DNA from: Deltaproteobacteria bacterium
GTDB lineage: Bacteria > Myxococcota_A > Polyangia > JAAYKL01
Length of the DNA: 64,000 bases
Assembly (NCBI GenBank): GCA_016937015.1
Contig: JAFGWT010000327.1
Coordinates: 4,911-68,910, forward strand
Direction of reading: 5' to 3'
Shown here: one piece after another, positions 19,681 to 30,200 of the stretch
Layout: every line of letters begins with the position of its first letter
How positions within the stretch are numbered: the stretch's first letter is position 1
The notes under the pieces: model-generated
What the model was told of the DNA's origin: nothing
The model's database searches: none
Seen by the model: the letters and a program-made list of their open reading frames with translations, nothing else
Position numbers and translations under genes: made by a program

Positions 19681-21608
19681 TAAAACGCCTCTCCCAGGCC
19701 AAGGTGCACGCCAAAAGCGGGTTCATCCCTATACTCACGCGAATTGTTCAGTCTCAGTCTGTAGCCAACATCAAACCGAATTTTTCCAACGGGTGTATGA
19801 ATACGTATTCCGGAACCTACTGAATAATTCCAGAGGCTTGCTTTGATTGCGTTAACTTCATACTGGACGTCTCCCATGTCCAGAAAAGTAATCACACTAA
19901 ATGCTTTGCTCACTCTAAAACGAAACTCTGCGTTCCCCTGAACCATTGTCTTGCCGCCAATCCATATCTTTTCACAAACCTGTCTGGGCGGGGAATCAGG
20001 GCTTTCCTCTGTGGGTTCAAGGCAGATGTCTACACTGGGAGCGAGCCGCTTGCCCCCCCATCCGCGCACCGTATTGTGTCCGCCTAAAAAGAAGTTGGCA
20101 CGAATTCCGGAATAATCCTTACTCCCAATGGGGTAGATAAATCCCACCTCCCCGTGCAGTGCTATCTGAAAAAATGAGAATGGTCGCCAATAGGCTGAAA
20201 TGGTCGGTCGAACCTTGTGGTATGCCACCTCACTGGCAAGATATGGCCCCGAGTGCCAGAAATCAAATTGAAGCACAACGCCATTGTTTGGATTGTCCCT
20301 GCTATCGGTCAACCAAAGCAATGTGTTTACATTCACATCAGCGAGGCGGATGGGACTTCGCATATCCTCATAATCCGCCTGCAGTCGCCTCATTATTTCA
20401 TCATTCAGACCATAGAGCACGATGTATTCAAAGTTATACGACAGTCGGATATTTAACCTCTTAAGGAAAGGTCTTGATACGGATAGCCGTCCGGAAGGAC
20501 TGAACAGCTTATAGTTTTCTTCCACATCTGTCTGGAATCCCAACGCCATATTCCATACGAGTCGCTTTTCGAGAAATCCTTTTCTGGTGACACTTGGCTC
20601 TATAAGAGTGACAGGCCCCTTGTCCTCTACATCCCAGAAACTGGGCACCAGCGCCCAGCCCAGTTTGGCGCGAAGCTGAAACTGATTCAGTCGACGCATG
20701 AAATTATTGTGCTGATATACAGCCGATGTCCAGCCCAGAAATTTGTTCGTTTCAAACTGTCCACCGACGCCTATCTTGAGATTCTGAAAATTGGCTTCAA
20801 CCAGCGACACATCGACATCGATAACTCCGGGATTGTCCGGTCTCTCTACGGGACTTACTGTAATGAGACGAAAAGCATTCAATTCAGATAGGTTGGATTC
20901 AATCTCATCTTCAACCTTTGGCGTGTACACCAGTCCTTCAAATTCCTCCAATTCCCTGTACACCAGATCATATGGTGCGTGCTCAAGTCCGTGCAGATAA
21001 AACCGTTCAATGGTACACACCGCTTTTGCATCAACATCGAGAATCACGTCAGCGGCATATTCGTCCCGTGTGACAATCATCGACTCTCGTACAGTAGCCA
21101 GGGCATAGCCATCATTTGCAAGCCGGGACTTAACCTGTTTAACTGCCTCGTTCAGTTTTTCCACACTCGCCACATCCCCTTTTTGAAGTGCCAATCCGTC
21201 AATGTATTTTTGTGCATCCGTAACCGGGGACTGCCATTTAATTGCGAACAAACGCACCAGTGAGGGCTGTCCCTCCAGAAGATGAACTCTCAGATGAACC
21301 CACCCTCGAGGCGTCGAACGGACATCCACTCTTATGATTTTGGTGTCATGATATCCTTTGGCTGCATACAGCTGCAAAAGAATATCAAACACCGCCGTTT
21401 CACTCTCTTCCAGATAGGTATCTCTTCTCTGAATTGGCAGATATTTTCTTAACTCGTCGTCAGTCAGCGCCCTGTTCCCGCTGAAAGTAATGGAAGCCAC
21501 ACGTCGTCCTTCCCGAAACTGGGTACCCGGATCTGTCCTATGTCGACATCCATAATTCGCCCATCCTATAATTATTAAAATCAGGAGTCCCAGACTGTAT
21601 CGTTTCAT
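19680..21608 (-). CDS. tamA: Omp85-family TamA/BamA-like outer membrane protein with POTRA domains
   Basis: POTRA ITFSGNRALTDDELR, FFLGGHNTVRGW, TPVGKIRFDVGY, C-terminal LGLGEAF. Confidence 0.88.
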   Translation of the reverse strand: MKRYSLGLLILIIIGWANYGCRHRTDPGTQFREGRRVASITFSGNRALTDDELRKYLPIQRRDTYLEESETAVFDILLQLYAAKGYHDTKIIRVDVRSTPRGWVHLRVHLLEGQPSLVRLFAIKWQSPVTDAQKYIDGLALQKGDVASVEKLNEAVKQVKSRLANDGYALATVRESMIVTRDEYAADVILDVDAKAVCTIERFYLHGLEHAPYDLVYRELEEFEGLVYTPKVEDEIESNLSELNAFRLITVSPVERPDNPGVIDVDVSLVEANFQNLKIGVGGQFETNKFLGWTSAVYQHNNFMRRLNQFQLRAKLGWALVPSFWDVEDKGPVTLIEPSVTRKGFLEKRLVWNMALGFQTDVEENYKLFSPSGRLSVSRPFLKRLNIRLSYNFEYIVLYGLNDEIMRRLQADYEDMRSPIRLADVNVNTLLWLTDSRDNPNNGVVLQFDFWHSGPYLASEVAYHKVRPTISAYWRPFSFFQIALHGEVGFIYPIGSKDYSGIRANFFLGGHNTVRGWGGKRLAPSVDICLEPTEESPDSPPRQVCEKIWIGGKTMVQGNAEFRFRVSKAFSVITFLDMGDVQYEVNAIKASLWNYSVGSGIRIHTPVGKIRFDVGYRLRLNNSREYRDEPAFGVHLGLGEAF

Positions 21609-21713
21609 AGTTTCTGCTTATCGTATCGGAGTCAAAGTCGGCCCCGGCAACTGCATAGATGTATCGCATCATTGATGATTGAGTGCCAGTACAAAGCATG
21701 CTACAAAAAAAAA

Positions 21714-22358
21714 ATGACAAAGCAATTTTATTTATCAGCGTCGGCAGCATGCCGCTTTCATTATTGGTCATTGTTTTTTTTACTTACTGTTTTCACCTTT
21801 ATCTCAGGCGGATGCGACAATGATGAATGCGAAACCACCAAAGACTGCAACGATGACATGATGTGCGTTCAAGGCAAATGCATCGCCCCATCCGATCATA
21901 TTCAGACCGGGGATAGTCCCCAAACGGGCAGCACCATTTCAGGGACTGTACAACAGGACTCCGCGGACGACACAGATGATTCTGATACAGCTTCAGTGCC
22001 GTTGCAGAAGGATACCTCATCTTCAGAAAACCCGATTCCCGATACGGCCTACGGCTCCCTGTTTGACCCCAGTGACCGCGATATCAACTCCCAGCAGCCA
22101 CCTGGATGCGTGATATATCACGATGGTTACTATTCGTGCGCACTGACAGGCTACGTGACCGTCGGAATGTGCGATCTGGTCAACTGGGAAGGCTGCAGCA
22201 GCGCCCTTTTCCCGGAATCATGCAAACTACTTGTTGTCGATGACGTCAGTATTACACTGAAAACCATCTGCTACTCACCGCTCAGCGGGAATGTAGCGGA
22301 TCCTCCCGAATATGCCTGCGCTGATGCTGGAGGCGAATGGCTACCCTGTCCCTACTAA
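21714..22358 (+). CDS. Cys-rich hypothetical lipoprotein
   Basis: Hydrophobic stretch plus lipobox ISGGC; ECETTKDCNDDMMCVQGKC module; D/S/T linker; Cys-rich C-terminal domain. Start codon uncertain. Confidence 0.7.
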   Translation: MTKQFYLSASAACRFHYWSLFFLLTVFTFISGGCDNDECETTKDCNDDMMCVQGKCIAPSDHIQTGDSPQTGSTISGTVQQDSADDTDDSDTASVPLQKDTSSSENPIPDTAYGSLFDPSDRDINSQQPPGCVIYHDGYYSCALTGYVTVGMCDLVNWEGCSSALFPESCKLLVVDDVSITLKTICYSPLSGNVADPPEYACADAGGEWLPCPY

Positions 22359-22389
22359 TGGGTTCAGCAGACTCCAGCCTAAAACAAAC

Positions 22390-22405
22390 TGGCACGCACT
22401 CTGCC
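22390..22405 (+). promoter_or_regulatory. Putative sigma-54 -24/-12 promoter for the GH3-PKS operon
   Basis: TGGCACGCACTCTGCC: GG(22391)-N10-GC(22403), one mismatch to TGGCACG-N4-TTGC, followed by an AT-rich leader. Confidence 0.55.
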
Positions 22406-22543
22406 GTTGATAGACATGCAAGTTAAAACTATTCAAAATAAAGAAATGAACAAATAATGAATAATTTACTTGTTTACATTGCGTGTTTGAAAAGATGTGA
22501 TTAATAAATTGAACAGATTTTACTTGATTCGGAGAGACAATTT

Positions 22544-24259
22544 ATGATTAAGGGAAGACGTATTGCGTCTGGAATAATGGCATTTGGCATTCGCAGAAAA
22601 GGTTTACCGATGCTGAAGCAATTAGATGTCGCATCGGCTAACGTGAAACAGGCACAGCAAAACACCCTGCGAGGAATTATAGAGTACGCGACGAATACAG
22701 CATATGGAAAATCTCATGGATTTGGTTCCATTAAATCGACCAGGGATTTCACGTCTGCAGTGCCCGTCAATGACTGGGAAGCCCACAGGCCATGGGTGGA
22801 ACGCCACGAAAAAGGTGAACCCAACGTGCTGTTTCCGGGAAAACCAATGTTTTATGCGACCACCAGTGGAACCACATCAGCACCTAAGCGGATACCCATT
22901 TCCAGAAAATACCACGATGAATGTTACAATGGGCTCTCAAATATCTGGCTGCACAGCATGTTTCAGCAATCGCCAGGCTTCATGGACGGCTACGACATCA
23001 GTATGGTTGGCAAGGCAATTGAAGGATATACCGATGATGGCACCTCATTTGGCTCGTTTTCAGGGCATATGAATGCATACATGCCTGATTTTATAAAGCG
23101 ATTTCGGGTAATCCCCTTTGAAATACACGATATAGACGATTATCCATCAAAATATTACGCGTTGCTGCGTGTTGCCCTGGCCCATCCTATTCGATGGATA
23201 GTGGCCGCGAACCCCAGCACGCTACTGGAATTGCACCGTTCGGCAATGACCAGCATAGAAGAAATTGTACGGGACATCCATGACGGCACTCTGAAGTCCA
23301 GCCTCCTGATTTCACCGCAAATCCGCCAGAGAATTGAAATACGACTGAAACCGTCACCAAAACGGGCGCGGCAGTTGGAAGCGCTGCTTGCAATGCATGG
23401 AGACAATCTGCGTCCAAAGCACTACTGGCCCACACTTCAAATGATCAACACCTGGAAAAGCGGGAACGCAGCGCTTTATCTGGCGCAGACAAAGAATTTC
23501 TACCCCCCTCATACTGTTATTCGAGAATTCGGTTATCTTGCTACGGAGGCCAGAGCCGGCATAGTCCTTGATAACAATCAGGAAACCAGTATCCTCGCTG
23601 CTCACCTGCTTTATTTCGAGTTCATCGAACGTAGCGATTTATATAACTCGCAACCAACTGTGCTGGGTGCACATGAGCTCGAAAAAGGCGGTGAATACGC
23701 GATTTTAATTACGACACCAAGCGGGCTATATCGATACAACATCAATGATATTCTCAGGGTCGAAGATTTTTACGGCACATTTCCCATGGTCCGTTTTGTT
23801 CAGAAAGGAAGTGGTGTTACGAGTCTGACAGGCGAAAAACTGTATGAGTCTCAGTATCTGGATGCATTTGCGGAAGCGGCGGCGTCACTCAGGCTTCAGA
23901 CAGTATTTCATGCGGCATTTGCGGATCTTGAGGAATCGATGTATCACTGCTTTGTGGAACTCGCAGCTGCTGAAAATATCAACGCAGTGCCAACCGACGA
24001 ACTCGCCAGTCGACTGGACAAGACACTGCAGACAAAGAATCCGGAATATGCGGCAAAACGAAAATCCAATCGCCTGCGTCCACTGAAAATACATTTGCTG
24101 CGGACAAATGCGTTTACTGAATACAAACTTCACCAACTGTCACAGGGCCAGCGTGAAGGCCAATTCAAACTGACCCATCTTCAACAAAACAATGACCAGC
24201 TAAAACTGTTCCAATCTTTAAGTATTGACCATTTTTATTCCAGTGGAGGCGCATTATGA
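22544..24259 (+). CDS. GH3-family (acyl acid-amido synthetase-like) adenylate-forming enzyme
   Basis: ATTSGTTSAPKRIP (P-loop), GYLATE, GLYRYNINDIL, TGEKLYE, NPEYAAKR, GQFKLTHL; GGAG RBS. Confidence 0.9.
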   Translation: MIKGRRIASGIMAFGIRRKGLPMLKQLDVASANVKQAQQNTLRGIIEYATNTAYGKSHGFGSIKSTRDFTSAVPVNDWEAHRPWVERHEKGEPNVLFPGKPMFYATTSGTTSAPKRIPISRKYHDECYNGLSNIWLHSMFQQSPGFMDGYDISMVGKAIEGYTDDGTSFGSFSGHMNAYMPDFIKRFRVIPFEIHDIDDYPSKYYALLRVALAHPIRWIVAANPSTLLELHRSAMTSIEEIVRDIHDGTLKSSLLISPQIRQRIEIRLKPSPKRARQLEALLAMHGDNLRPKHYWPTLQMINTWKSGNAALYLAQTKNFYPPHTVIREFGYLATEARAGIVLDNNQETSILAAHLLYFEFIERSDLYNSQPTVLGAHELEKGGEYAILITTPSGLYRYNINDILRVEDFYGTFPMVRFVQKGSGVTSLTGEKLYESQYLDAFAEAAASLRLQTVFHAAFADLEESMYHCFVELAAAENINAVPTDELASRLDKTLQTKNPEYAAKRKSNRLRPLKIHLLRTNAFTEYKLHQLSQGQREGQFKLTHLQQNNDQLKLFQSLSIDHFYSSGGAL

Positions 24260-27200
24260 AAACGTTAAAGGGCGAGAAAAGAACGCCCATCGCAATTTGC
24301 GGCATAGGTTGCCATTTTCCCGGCGAAGCAGATACACCTGAACGGTTCTGGAATATGCTCAAGGATGGCACCGATGCCATAGGACCCGTTCCCCGAGACA
24401 GATGGAATTCAGATCTCCTCTACGATCCCAATCACAAAACGCGAGGAAAAATCCACATTAAGGAAGGCGGATTCATCAGCAGAGTAGATGAATTCGACGC
24501 TTCTTTTTTTGGCATTTCGCCCCACGAGGCGCACAGCATGGATCCATCGCATCGACTTCTTTTGGAGCACACATTTATGGCATTCGAGGATGCCGGCGAA
24601 CCACTCAATCGTATCGAAGGCGAGCGAGTCGGCGTATTTGTGGGGACCTCCTCATCCGAGTATGGCGGCATCATGCAAAACTTCACCGAGCGGGCCAGTA
24701 TCAATTCACATACAAACGCCGGCAGTTCTCCAGCAATCACAGCCAATCGAATATCGTACGTGTTTGATTTTCACGGCCCAAGCTTCGCGGTGGACACCGC
24801 CTGCTCTGCCAGCCTTTTGGCCGCGCACCTCGCATGTCGCAGCATCTGGAATGGCGAGTCGAGCGCCGCTGTAGTGGCAGGCGTCAACCTGATGCTGAAA
24901 CCGGAACTCCACATTGGTTTCAGCACGGCAGGATTTCTTTCTCCCGATGCCCGTTCAAAGTCATTCGATGCCAGCGCCAACGGTTATGTACGCAGTGAAG
25001 GGGTTGGTGTCCTATACCTCAAGCCCCTCGACCAGGCCATTGCAGACGGCAATAGAATTTACGCAACGATCATTGGAAGTGCCACCAACGAGGATGGACG
25101 CACCAACGGTATCGCCTTGCCTAATCCGGATGCACAGATTGATGTCATCACCATGGCATATGCCGATGCAGGCATTAAACCGGAAATGGTGACATTAGTG
25201 GAGGCCCACGGCACCGGCACCGCGGCGGGTGATCCAATTGAGTGCAACAGCATTGGTGCTGTTATCGGAAAAGACCGAAATGACACCTGCTTAATCGGAT
25301 CAGTGAAAAGCAATATCGGACATACAGAATTGGCATCCGGGAGTGCCGGACTTATTAAACTTGCACTGTCGTTGTATCATCGGGAAGCCCCCCCGGTTGT
25401 TCACTTCAAGACACCCAATCCCAAAGTTGACTTCAACAGGCTGAAGATTCAGGTGGTAGATCGCCACATGCCGATTCCTTCGAGAAATGGTATCATATAC
25501 GCGGGTATCAACTCTTTTGGTTTTGGTGGAGCGAATGTGCATTTGGTAATGCAAAGCTATTCCACTCCACATACCGGTACAACTGTCACCCATGAATCGT
25601 TTCCTCTTCCTCTCCTGCTGTCGGCAAGAAACGACAGTGCACTGCAGCAATTGGCGGGGGCATACAAACGCATCCTGGAAGCGGACAATGTTTCCCTGCC
25701 TGAATTGTCAAAACAAGCCGCAACCCGGCGTTCTCAACTGGAGATTCGTGCAGCGGTTGCCGCCACAGACAGGAGTGACGCCATTGCCAAACTGTCGGAT
25801 ATGGAGAAGGGTATTTCACACCCTCATGTAATAAAAGAGCGACCCACATTACGACAGGCTGATAAAATAGCTTTCGTTTTTTCCGGTCAGGGCCCCCAGT
25901 GGTATGCCATGGGAAGGGAACTGCTGAAAACGGATGAAACGTTCCGCGACACTATAGAGGAAGTCAACGGCCACCTCAAATCGCTCGGATGGCTTGAACG
26001 CGACAATAGCTCCCTTCTTGAGGAGTTGCAACTGGACGAAGCCGAAAGTCGAATAGATAAGACTGAAATTGTACAACCCGCGATCTTCGCACTTCAGGTT
26101 GGTCTCGCCCGTATCTGGAAACGGCTGGGCGTGGAACCCGCCATGGTAACAGGGCATTCCATTGGCGAAGTTGCAGCTGCTTATGTCAGCGGCGCCATCT
26201 CAATGGCAGACGCGGTAAAGGTCGTATTCTGGCGAAGTCGATGTCAGGCAAACGCAGCAGGCCGCGGCCGCATGATGGCCGCCGGTCTTACTGTGAATGA
26301 TGCCCAACCATACCTGTCCAGATTTGATGGAAAAATAGATATAGCTGCGGTTAATGGTGCGGCAATGCTGACACTTGCGGGAGAAAGTGAGGCACTTGAG
26401 GTACTCTCTCAAATGCTCAAAGACGACAAAATATTCTGTCGCTTTTTAGTAGTGGATGTACCCTTTCACAGCTATCTGCTCGATGATGTGGCGGAACAAT
26501 TTAAATCCCGTGCACCGCAATTTAAAGGAGCGGACACGCAAATCCCATACTATTCCACCGTTTTTGGTTGCGCAACAGCGGGCGCCAAAATTAATCGTGA
26601 GTATTGGGCCAGAAATATCAGGGACACTGTCCAGTTTTATCCCACGATTGAAAAGATGATCGACGATGGCGCAACGGTTTTCGTGGAAATCGGCCCGCAC
26701 CCCATCTTATCCCATGGCATTCGTGAAGCGCTTGATGCAAAGCGTGTGAGCGGTGTTATCGTGCCCTCCCTTCGACGGAAAGACTCAGAAAAACTGACGA
26801 TGACACGATCGCTTGCTGCACTGCATGTCAATGGGGTGTCATTGGACTGGAAATATATTTTCAGCCGTGTGGCAGACAAAAATATTCAATTGCCTTTGTA
26901 CCCCTGGCAAAGGGAGAAATTCTGGATCGAATCAAATGTAGCCAGAGAGGCACGCCTTTCCAATCACATACATCATCATCTTCGCCGAAAAACAGTGGCC
27001 GCCGACAATACCACGGATATTATATGGGAAGTGGAACTGGATGCCCGGACCGCACCCTATATTCTGGACCATCGGGTTCAGGGCCCAGTGGTCTACCCCG
27101 GTGCGGGTCATGTTGATCTTGCTGTTGCAGCAGGCATGGCTTCGTTTAATGACGCATTTGGCTTCATTGAAGATATGGAGTTTATGTCTCCGCTTTTCCT

Positions 27201-30200
27201 GAAAGAAGACGGCGCGCCCAATGAAGTTCAGATTCACATTGATACCGATGATGGGCAATTCACCATCGCGTCGAGAGATTCCCAAAATCACAGCAGCGAA
27301 TGGACCTTGCATTCGAAAGGCAAACTTAATTATATAGGCGACAGGTTTGACAGCACACCAGTAACGCTGGCTGTGTTGAAATCCCGAATAGAAGAGCCCG
27401 TCGAACTGGCGCCTCTCTTTGAGACACTGAGCAACGGCGGACTTGACCTTGGCGATACGTTTAGAGGAATTGAAGCATTGAAACGTCGCGACAACGAGGC
27501 GCTTGGCAAAATTCGAATACATCCGTCCATAAAGCCGTTCATGAATCAATTCAAATTGCACCCGGCACTGCTTGATGCGTCATTCCAATCCGCATTTGGC
27601 ATTATCGAGGACCATCACAATATGGGTGTGTACATTCCAAAAAAAATTGGCAGAATAAAATTTTATACCCAACCGGACGGAGATTTTATCTATTCCTATG
27701 CCAGTGCGAAAAAGCATGAAGCGGAATTTATACTTGTCGACATATGGGTGTTCAGTGAAAACGGAACACTAGTAGCCGAAATTCAAAATTTCATGGGGCA
27801 ATATTTGAAGGGCTCCAGAGGTGAAGTGGACGGAGAAATAGACAATCTGTTCTTCAGCCCCCATCTTCGACGTTCATTCAGACCGTCTCAACTATTGAAC
27901 CGCCATTCGGAAAAAACGTTGACGCCTCTCACTGATGTAAGACAGGCTGCACTGGCTGAAATCGCACGGGTCCAGTCGGACGCGGTATTCAGTCCTTTCT
28001 TTGACGAGTTGGGGCCCGCAATGGATGACCTGGCGATTGGATATATCGTTCGCGCATTTGAGAAAATGGGCGCTCCCATTGTCCCTGGTCGCAGATACGA
28101 TATAGAGGGATTGCCCACCAAACTGAAAATTGCACAAAGGCATATACGACTCTTCAAATATATCCTTCAGCAGCTCGAAGAACGAAAAATTTTTATAGCG
28201 GATGGCACCACATATACTGTTGCATCAAAAATCACACTGCCGCAACCCGAGGCCATTTTGCGCCGGGCAACAGCTGACCTTAAGCCGTTCTCATCCGAAT
28301 TGAATTTCTTCAAGCCAGTTGGAGAATCAATAGCAGAGGTGCTGACAGGGTCGCTGGATCCCACTGAGGTGCTTTTTGCCGAATCCAAATGGAACGACAC
28401 AATTGAATATTATTCGTCCGCATATTCCATGAACAAGTATAACCGCATTGCCGCGGCCGCAATTGAATCCCTTGTTCGTGACGCTGGAAACAGATCCATT
28501 CGAATTATTGAAATTGGAGGCGGCACCGGCGGTGTTACACAGGCTATTTTACCGCTGCTATCCCAGAAAAACGCATCATATGTTTTCACCGATATTTCTC
28601 CGGCATTTATGGAACAGGCTCAGAAACGGTTCGCCGATTTTGATTTTATTTCCTACAAAACCTTGAACATCGAAGACCCAGTTGAGGCACAGGGGCAAAG
28701 CGAGCACAGCTACGATTTGGTGATTGCAGCGAACGCTCTTCATGCAACCAAAAATATTCAGGACACACTTAAAAACGTACACGGCTTACTCGCCAACAAT
28801 GGCGTATTGTGCTTACTCGAGGCAACCACAGTGCCGTTTTATGTAAACATAGCATTCGGCATGACTGAAGGGTGGTGGAGATATAATGATGATGTCAGAA
28901 TGTCCCACTGCACCATGAAGCGCAACGACTGGATAAACGTTCTTGAACAAACCGGTTTTGCAGACGCAGTCGCTATGACAGATGTGGAGGATGGTGACTT
29001 TCCGCAGCAGAGTGTGGTCATTGCCAGAGCGGCTGTTCAGCGTCCTAAAATCGAGCCATCCCCAATGCCAGCCAAGTGGATTATTTTTGGCGATAGCAAG
29101 GGAACAGCGACTCAACTCATTTCGCGAATTAAGAATCGCGGTGATGAGTGGACGCTGGTGACATCGGGAAGCATCGCTAAAAGCGACGCCAAACGAGAGC
29201 TGTTCCACCTTCCCGGTGATTTGTCATCGATTAGGCATCTGTTCGACGGTATCAAAGAGACTCGTGTCGAAATTGTATTTGCCAGGCCAATCGATATTGG
29301 TGACATTGAAGATACCGAGCATTTCTTAACAATACGCAATGAAGTTCTGGTTGAGATGACCGCACTCTCCCGCATTCTAATTGAAAAAGGTCTAAGAAAT
29401 GTCACCTTATCCATTATTACGGAGGGCGTTCACAATGCCATGCCGAACATAACGCAATCGGCGATATGGGGAATTGGTCGCGTTATGTTTAACGAGCTTT
29501 CAGACAATCGCATCCGTTTGATAGATATTGCAACTACAGACCTTCAACACATTGAACAGCTATGGGATGAACTGGAGAATGGAGACAGCATTGACGAAGA
29601 AGTAATACTTGGCAGTGGTCAGCGTTTCTCGATTCGATTGGAGCCCCTCTCTCCACAAAAACGCCGAAGCAACTCATTGAAACGAGAAAATATCACTGGA
29701 CTTGGAATTAGACTTAACCCCAACGAAAACGGGATTATTCAACAGGTATATTTTGCTCCATATGATGGCGCGCCCCTTTCTCGGGACGAAGTAATCATTG
29801 AAGTCCATCACGCAGGGCTGAATTTCAGAGATGTTATGGTCGCTGGCGGTGCATTGCCCAAAGACGCCATTGATGGTGGCATTTTTGGCAACGGTCTGGG
29901 ACTGGAATGCGCCGGTATAGTACTCGATACGGGAAGTCATGTTTCCCATGTTAAAGCAGGTGATCGTGTAATGGCCATCTCCGCCAACGCCATTTCCGGC
30001 CGAGCAGTCGCAAAATCGTCTTTTGTACGGCGGATACCACAAAATGTTACAATGGAAATGGCTGCGTCGATTCCGATGGCGGCATTGACGGCGTACACAG
30101 CTCTGGTGCATCTGGGAAACATCCAGCCAGGCAGCAGGGTACTAATCCACGCAGGTGCAGGTGGGGTAGGAATGTATGCGATTCATTTTGCCCTATCCGC

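Noticed and set aside
14782-21608. tamAB as the export system of the GH3-PKS cluster
   Set aside because: Divergent, separated by another gene, and tamAB is a widespread envelope-assembly pair; no evidence of a link.
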